Positions 1 to 9,100 of a stretch of 27,500 bases of DNA are shown here, piece by piece (the stretch's first letter is position 1; every line of letters begins with the position of its first letter). The DNA is taken from positions 1 to 27,500 of the forward strand of contig CAZUFC010000042.1 in assembly GCA_964619725.1 (NCBI GenBank), in the 5' to 3' direction. The notes under the pieces were generated by a model. That model had not been told where the DNA came from and did not search any database. It worked only from the letters and a program-made list of their open reading frames with translations. The translations under genes and the position numbers were made by a program. The DNA comes from an uncultured bacterium (GTDB lineage: Bacteria; CSSED10-310; CAZUFC01).

Positions 1-98
1 GCGCCGGCTTTCCAGAGTCTTTCCACATGCCGGAGATAATATCCGTTTCTCCGGCTCGAAATGTTTGCTCCCGGGAGCATGTATTTGAGCATTTTCAT
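1..98 (-). CDS. 5' part of a downstream gene running off the window (MKMLKYMLPGANISSRRNGYYLRHVERLWKAG...), product unknown
   Basis: ATG at 98 (minus), preceded by an SD-like GGGAG, 18 nt after the giant gene's stop; frame open to the window edge. Only 32 codons visible. Confidence 0.5.
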   Translation of the reverse strand, partial: MKMLKYMLPGANISSRRNGYYLRHVERLWKAG

Positions 99-116
99 AA
101 TTATCACGCTCCCGCA

Positions 117-3100
117 TTAATTGGATAAGCCGTTATGAGTTTTCCCGGAATTCAAATTTTCCTTGAATGCTTTTTTCTTTTCAGACCAGTCGCTTCCTTC
201 GGCATCAATGATGGAGTCGTTTTTGAACTCTTCACGGAAAAAGACGCTGCTGAATCCAGGAGCCAGTCCGACGGGCATGTGATCTTCCGGCAACGAATGC
301 ATCATGTGAAGCCGTACCGGGAATTTCAACTTCAGGAGTATGTTTTCGCCGGGCTGCAGTTTGACGCCTGACTGGTCCGGCAACGCTATTCTGCTGTAGT
401 GATAGCCGTTTTTCCAGTCAGGAGCTTCCAGGCCGAGCGAAACGTCCGTGGTTCCGTGTCGAAGGTAATCTGCCGTGAGTTCAGGCATTCCCAGGAAGAT
501 CGGATCGTAAACGACAGCGGCATCGACTGCGATGAGCTCTGCGATCGATTCAGTCGTGCAGAGGAGCTCCATCACGATATAGAACGCGTCGTCAGATTCG
601 GAATGTTCGGAGTATCTCAATTCCAGTCGGCCGGATTTGAAATTGCCGAGCAGGTCGTTTTTCGTCGAAGCTTCGGGGACGTAGGTTATGCGGCCGTTCT
701 GGTTCAACCAGACGGAATAATCCGATGAATTGACGACGGTATCGCCGTTGAAGTCCGCCCGGGCATCCCATCCGGGACCGCCCTGGGAACTGCCGTTGGC
801 CGCCAGCCATACGACGAAATCTCCCGCAGCATTAACGTAACCGTCGCCGTTGGCGTTGCCCCCTCTCAGGGAATACAGCCCGTCAGGTTCCTCCTGCTGC
901 GGGTCTGAGCCGTAACACGCCGCATAATCGCCGTCAGTATCGTCAGCCAGGTTCACTGTAGTTTTGGTGAGATAATTCACGGATATACGTTCGCTTGTGA
1001 TGACGTCAAGATGGTTCAAGTGATTAATCACCAGGTAGAGGTCGCCGCCGGGAATGCCTACCAGGTCGATATCGCCGGTTTGTCCTGAGGAATCGATCGG
1101 CACGTCTTCCATGACGGCCATAACGGTGTCCGCGGTCTGAGGAGAACTGCCGCTGCGGAATTCCAGGTCGACTGTCGTCGCGGGCTGACTGCCGCCGGCA
1201 TAGTAACCGTCAAGCAATACCGTAAGGTTGAACTCTGGCAGTCCAGCGTATTCGTCCGCTCCCATGTCGAAGTCATCTTCCTGCGGACGGTCGTTGGCAT
1301 CGTAATCAACCTCAATAAGACTCGGGCCGGCAAGAGTCAACGCCGTATTGATGCAGGGAGAGGTTTCCGTGATGTGATAATCTCCGGCTCCCACGAATAC
1401 GGGGTCTGCAGAGATATTGCCCAATCCGGCGTCGCCGTCTTCTATGTCGGAATATTCGGCGCTGACGCCGTAAAGGTCGTCTCCGTTGTCCCAGACGACG
1501 CTATTGAGAATGTCCAATGATCCTGCATTGACGTATATGCCGTAACTGCCGTTGCCGCCTACGGTGTTGTGGATGAATTCGATGTTTGTTCCCGCAGTCG
1601 CGCTGTACATTCCATAACCGCCGTTGGACGTCAGAAAACAGTTGGTGATCGAAATCGCATCGTCGTCCTGGAAGTACAATCCGTCTCCGACGGATGTGTT
1701 GTCCGGTTCTGATATGCTGTCATTGCCGTCGATCATTATCCTGTCGAGCTGAACAGAGGAAACGCCTTCATAAATGTATATTCCGCCTCCGTAGGAGTAG
1801 CCGTAATCCCGATAACTGGCATCCGCATAGGAATGAGCCTTATTGTTCCTGACTGCCGTCTGTTCGTGAATAACTACGGCAGCGCCCGTGTCGATGTATA
1901 TGCCTCCGCCGTAAGAATAAGCATAAGCTCGTCCGCTGCTTCCCGGCTCTCCAGCGAAAGCGTATGCAGTATTATCGATGACAGTGCAATGATCGATTGT
2001 TGTCGTCGAATTGGGACCGCAGTAAACGGCCCCTCCATAAGAATATCCCAATGCACGTTGCGAACTGGAACTGTTGTTGGCGTATACATACGCCTTGTTG
2101 CCGGTAAAATGATTCGATTCAAGAGTTAATGAACTGGTTTCGCCAGTGTAAATCGCTCCTCCGTATGCATATTCATAAAGATACGCTCCATATCCAGAAG
2201 AATAGTATGACCTGGCTTCATTAAACTCGAATACATTGTCGACAATGACGGACCCGCCTTCCGAATAGACCGCGCCGCCTTTCGGATAGGAACTCTGTCC
2301 CGTTGTATAGGCTGAGTTTTCCTCGAATGTGTTTGCGCTAATCAAGGGTGAAGCGGCAGCATCGCAATAAATCGCCCCTCCATACACAGTGTAGCTTCCT
2401 GCAGAATTGGAAACCATGTTGTCCCTGAAGATATTTCTCGAAAATACGACGGATGCATCGACATTCGTGCAATAGACTGCTCCTCCGGCATGCGGCGACG
2501 TATTTTCCTGGAATGTGTTGTCTTCGATATTAATCAATCCTGAATCGAAAATATACATGGCGCCGCCCAGAGCGTCGTTCGTTCCCGTAACCGTATTATT
2601 GATGAACAGACAATCGTGTATCCAGACGTCGTAACTCGAAGCGATGTAAACAGCGCCTCCGCGTGCGAGATTGCCGTCGCCTCCGGCCTCATTCGCCGCG
2701 AAAATACAATCATAGACCTGGATATGCCTTCCCCCGTAGCAGAAGAATCCGCCGCCGTTGCCTTCATTTCCGCCGGTTATGGTTAATCCGGTCAAGGCTA
2801 TATTTTCTGCATTGGTTATCATGATGGGACTGCCGCCCACGGTCCCCCTCAATATCGTCACATATGTTTCGGGGTCTCTGGCGCCGCCGCCGACAGGATA
2901 ACCGCCCATCAATGTAATGCCGTCATGCAAAGGCAGATGCTCGTAGTAAGTCCCTCTCGTGATGTGTATCAGCCCGCCTGACGATGCTGCATCAAGTGCC
3001 CCGCGGATGCTGGCTTTGGCCGTCCCCCAGCTTAAACCGTCGTCTGTATCGTCGCCGAGATACTTGTCGACGTAAAATTCGGCTGCAGGCGTCGGCGTCG

Positions 3101-6100
3101 GAGAGCCTGTCGGAGTCGGCGTATTCGGCGTTATGCTGGGATCAGGCGTGGGGTTCATAATTTGAGTCTCATCAGCGCCGATATCTGCGATGTAATTATA
3201 TGGACGGGTATCGCCGTCGAAATCGATTGACGGTATGTCTATGCTTGTACCCCTGTCGATGCAGCATGATCCCGGATGCAGATGATAATCGCCGTTGCCC
3301 ATAAACACAGGATGGCACGGCGGGTCCATGTTGCCCTCCCCCTCATCGCCGTTTTCTATATCGCAGTAACTTGCCGTCCCTCCGACCAGATCATCCGTGT
3401 GACCCCACAAAATACAATTTTTAATGACCGGCGATCCCCCGTTCGCATAGATGCCTCTCGCCGTGTTGTAGGCTATCGTATTGTTGATGACTTCCGCATT
3501 CGTCGTATTCAGATACATCCCGTCGCCTGAGTTGTCCACAACGAAATTGTTGAAAAATTCCACCGGGGCATCGTCTATGTAAACGCCGCCGACTGACGCG
3601 CTATTGGGCGAGGCCAGTCCGTAATTTTCTTTTATTTCTACTCTTTGAACATCAACTGATGCGTTGGACCCCAAAAAAGCCAGTCCAGCGCCGTAAGCAT
3701 AAGCATAATCATAAGAACCCGAACCGCTCCCGTTCGCATCGGCATAATTATTGACTATAACGATTCCGCTTCCGATATGCACTGTCGATTCGTCCCCTGC
3801 AGCGACAGCTCCGCCGTAAGAATAACCGTAACCTCTTCCGCTGCTTGCATTATCGATCCCATATGAATAAGCCGTATTTTCGATATAAGTTTCGTTCGAT
3901 AAGGTCAATTCCCCCCCGGCTGCACAATAAAACACGCCGCCGTAGCTGTTGGCGAAACCGCGTTGACTGCTGCTGGTATTCTCCGTGTAGCAATAACTGA
4001 CGTTATCCCTGTAATTGTTGTCGTATGAAACGACCGAACTGCCGGGTCCGCAATAAATCGCTCCCCCGTAAGAATAATTATACAGGTAACCTCCGTAACC
4101 GGTATTGTAATAGTTGTAGGCCTCGTTACCCAGAAAATCGTTTTCCGTGACCAGAAGTTCGCTTTCGGTGTAAATGCCGCCTCCCATTGAATTGGAATCG
4201 GCATTATTGGAGCAGTATGAGCTGTTTTCCGTTATAGTATTGAATGTAACCACTGCAGACGAATTCGAATCGATGTATATTCCGCCGCCCTTTGCCTGCG
4301 AATTTCCAGCCCTGTTTTCTTCAATCACGTTGTCGTGGATATCGACCGTCGAGCCTACAGAGATGAGAGCTATACCGCCGCCTGCCAGATGGGAAGTGTT
4401 GTATCCGATGTTGTTGTAAGCGATTGTGAACCTCTGACCCGGACCGCAATATATACCTCCGCCATAACCGGTACTAGGTTCAACGACGTTATCGGTAATT
4501 TCATTGTTGGTTACCGTGATGTCGGCTCCTTCAAGATACAGACCGGCCCCATGAGCTACATTCCTGCCGCCGGGAATCGAGTTGCAGAAGTTATCGCGTA
4601 TTTTGTTGTCGTTAATCAGAATATTACGTGCTCTTGATACATGAAAACCTCCGCCAAGTCCGCCATGTCCGTTGCGGATTATGAAACCGTCGATCTCTAC
4701 GTTCGAAACGTTGGAAATAATGACGGCCGTATCAATACCTTCAGGGTCGATTATGGTCGGGAATCCTTCCGGGTTCCGGGGACCTCCTCCATGCGGATAT
4801 CCAGCCAGCAGGACAAGATTGGAGGCGCAAATGATGCTTTCATTATAAATATGACCGGTAACATGAATAACGCCTCCTCCTGCACCCTCGACCAGTTCCA
4901 TCGCGGAATTAATGGAAGCGCGAGCGGTCGACCAGGTTAATCCGTCATTGGCATCATCGCCTGCAAGCCCGTCAACATAGAAGTCGGCGCCGGGAGTAGG
5001 ACTGGGGCCTGCAGTAGGCGTCCCCGCCGGCGTTATGTATGGTGAGGGTGTCGGATTCGCTCCCGTGGTTTCGTCCGCCCCCATATCCGGCCTGGCAGCG
5101 CCGAAAGGTCTGGCGTCGCCGTCGAAATCATGATCCGGGATATCGTAATAGGTCCCTCGGTCGACGCAGCATGAATAAGGATGGATATGATAATCATCCC
5201 TGCTGATGAATAAAGGATCGCAAGGCGGGTCCAGATTGCCCTCCCCTGGATCGCCCGATTGAATGTTCGAATAGGTGGCGCTGACGCCGCTCAAATCATA
5301 CAGGTTACCCCACAAGATACAGTTTTTCACCGTCGGTGAACCGCCGTTGACGCGTATCCCGTAATCAAAATTATAGGCGATTGTGTTATTGATGACCGTC
5401 GCATCGCTGTTGTTCAAATATAATCCGTCCCCTGTATGGTCCACGATGAAAGTATTGTATATCGTGACAGGCGTCTGGTTGACGTAAACGCCGCCTACTT
5501 CGATGTTGCTCGGAGATGCGGTCGCTATGTTCGACTGGATGATCATCCGATCGAATTCAACGGCCGCGCCCGGTCCCAGCACAGCCATTCCGCCTCCATA
5601 AGCATACGAAGCTGATGATGAACCGCTGCCCTGAGCCTGGGCCTTGTTATTCGTTATTACGACATTCAAACCGAAATCAACGACTGCATTATCGTCGCAA
5701 ACAAGTCCGCCGCCGTAAGCATAACCGTAGCCCCGGCCGTTGGAAGCATTGTCTATTCCATAGGCGAATGAAGTATTATCCTCGATGGTTTCACTCGTTA
5801 TGGCGATATGAGAACCTCCGGCGCAGTATATGGCGCCCCCGTAGCTGTAAGCATACCCTCGCTGACTGCCGCTCGTGTTCTCAGCATAAGCATAAGCGCT
5901 GTTGCCCTGGTAAACATTATCGTAAGTCAGCACGGTCGCACCGTCGCCGCAGGATATGGCGCCGCCGTAGGCATATTCATAGAGATACGCTCCATAGCTG
6001 GTGTTGTAATAGGCATTCGCATCATTACCCGTGAACGCGTTGCCGGTTACGGTCAAATCGCCGTCACAATGAATCGCACCGCCCATTACCTGGGCTCCCG

Positions 6101-9100
6101 CCGAATTCGTTGCTGCGGCAGAGTTACTCAAAAACGTATTGTTGAATACGTCCGCGGAACTCATCGATTCGATGAATAATGCCCCGCCCTGAGAACGGGC
6201 TGTATTTGAATCAAACAGGTTGTTTTCAACGAATAACTTCCAGGACGGACTGTTCAACGCTATGCCGCCGCCGACCGATCCCGCCGTATTAAAGGTTATC
6301 GAATTGCCGGATATGTAAATGCTGCCGCCGTCCGCACAATATATGCCCCCGCCGTAACCGGTTCCGCCTTCAGCGAAATTCTTCGTTATCAGATTATCCA
6401 GTATATTTACGTCATGACCGTTCAAATACAGTCCTGCACCGAGAGATACGCTTTTCGAACCGGCATCGCTGACATGATTCTCCTTGATGATGTTGTTCGT
6501 GATATAGATATGAGCGGAATCATTCACGTAAATGCCGCCTCCATAACCTCCTTTGCAATTGCGGATGATGAAACCGTCCACGAATACTTTCTCCACGCCG
6601 CTGATCATTATTCCGATACGAGCGCCGTCGCCGTCGATAATTGTCGGATAAGCCGTCGGGTTCCTTATCCCGTCGTCATGCGAATACCCGCCGTAAACTC
6701 GAACGTTATTCGGACAGATCACTCGTTCATAATAAGTCCACATGACGACATGAACGTTGCCGCCGCCGGACGCTTCCGCAAGCTGCATAGCCCCGTTGAT
6801 AGATTTTCTGGCTGTCGCCCAGCTCAAACCGTCGTTCGCGTCATCACCGGTCTGACCGTCGACGTAATAATCGTTTGAAGGCGTCGGCACAGGCGTTATA
6901 GTACCGGATGGCGTGGCGTACGGTGTCGGCGTAGGATTGGAGGATGCCGTTTCATCAGCTCCGATGTCCGGAAAAGTGAAAGAATAGGGCCTCACCTCTC
7001 CATCACAGTCATGCGTCGGAACTTCATATGGACTTCCCCTGTCAATGCAGCATGAATTGGACATTAAATGATAATCTCCGTTCCCCACGAACAGGGGATC
7101 GCACGGAGGGTCCAGGTTCCCTTCGCCCGGATCCGCGTCCAGAATGTCGCAATATGTGGCGGTTACACCATGTAAATCATCGCCGTTGTTCCATAGTATG
7201 CAATTCTTGACTGCAGGACTCCCGCCGTTGACATACAGCCCGTAAACAGAATTGTCGGCAACCGTATTGTGCTGGAATATCAACGTTGTGTTGTTCAGGT
7301 ACACTCCGTCCCCGATGTTCTCTACGATGAAATTGTTGATGATCTCAACCGGCGTTCCGTTTACATATAAACCGCCTCCCTGCCGGACATAGTTCGGTAT
7401 GGAATTCGTCTCGTTTCCCCTGATGATCAGTCGGTCGATTAATGTCTGAACATTAACGCCTTCCATGGAAATGCCGCCGCCGTACGAATAAGCATAATCA
7501 TAAGAACTGGAGCCGTTGGCTTCAGCGTTCGACTTGTTTTCGATTACGGTGAATCCCAATCCTAACGTCACATCGGAATTGTCTGCCAGATGAATTCCTC
7601 CCCCGTATGCATAGGCATACCCCCGTCCGCTGCTGGCCGTGTCCTCTCCGTAAGCATAGGCCGTGTTGTTGACGAGAGGCTGGGCCGATATTACCAGCGT
7701 CGAACCGCCGTCGCAGTATATCGCTCCGCCGTAACTGTAACCGTAACCTCTTTGACTGCCGCTGGTGTTCTGAGCATGACTATGTGCGACGTTTTCCTCT
7801 ATTGTATTCATCGTGGTATTGACTGATGAACCGTCAGCGCAGAAAAGCGCTCCGCCGTAAGCATACTGATAAAGGTTTCCTCCGTAACCCGTATTGTAAT
7901 AAGAAAACGCCTCATTTCGCCTGATTTCATTTTCTGTTAGAATCAGTTCGCCCGCGCAATATATCCCGCCGCCCCTGGATTCATTGCCGGCTGTATTGAC
8001 TCTATATGTCCGGTTGTCTGTAATAAGATTCTCATGCACCGTCGCTGAACTGCCGTTTGAAACGTAAATCGCACCGCCGCTGCCGTGCGATCCGTCAACC
8101 AGATTCCACTGAATTGCATTATCGTCTATCAATAAAGGCGCACCAGGATGATTGATGAAAATTCCGCCGCCGGCGACCTGGGCCGTGTTGTACGTCAAAA
8201 GGTTGTTCGTTATACGGATGCTGCCGCCGCCGGCGCAATAGATGCCCCCGCCGTATCCGTCAGCCCCGTATGCAAGGTTCTCCGTTATTAAATTGTCATG
8301 GATCAGAATATCATGCCCGTGTAAATATAATCCCCCTCCCAGAGCAAGATTGGGCAGGGCGGGCTGAGACGCACACTCGTTTTCACGTATCTTGTTGCCG
8401 GTTATCTCCACGCCGGAAGCATGACTGACGTAAATGCCGCCGCCGTACCCGCCGTGACCGTTCCGGATCACGAAACCTTCAATAAAAACATTGGATACGC
8501 CGCTTATTTTTACTGCGGAATCCATGCCGTATCCATCGATTATCGTGATGAATGATTCCGGATTCCGAACGCCTCCGCCATGCGCATAGCCGCCTAAAAG
8601 CCTGATGTTGTCTGGAATAACGATATTTTCATAATATATTGAAATAGCTGCATGAACTGCTCCGCCTCCCGCACCTTCCGCTGCATCCAGAGCTTCCTGT
8701 ATGGTCGCCTTCGCCGTCGCCCAGCTTAATCCGTCATTGGCGTCGTCACCGAAATCGCCGTCAACGTAATAGTCTGCAGAAGGCGTTGGAACCGGCGTAT
8801 ATGTCCCTGAGGGAGTAAAATAAGGAGTTGCCGTCGGATTCGCTGCCGATGCTTCATCCGCTCCCATATCCGGCGGTCCGGAACCGAAAGGACGCGCTTC
8901 GCCGTCGAAGTCATGATCAGGCGAATCGACGACCGTACCACGGTCGATGCAACAGGAATTAACCCTCAAATGATAATTGCCGAATCCCACGAACATGGGA
9001 TCGCACGGCGGATACAGGTTCCCTTCCCCGGGTACCCCTTCCTGGATGTTGCTGTATGTCAGCCCCGCTCCCTCCAGGTCATCCGCATGCCCCCACAAAA

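Noticed and set aside
117-1240. Autotransporter (Pmp-like) beta-barrel
   Set aside because: Despite the GGA(I/L)/FxxN-like repeats, the C-terminus lacks barrel-type strands and a terminal aromatic residue.
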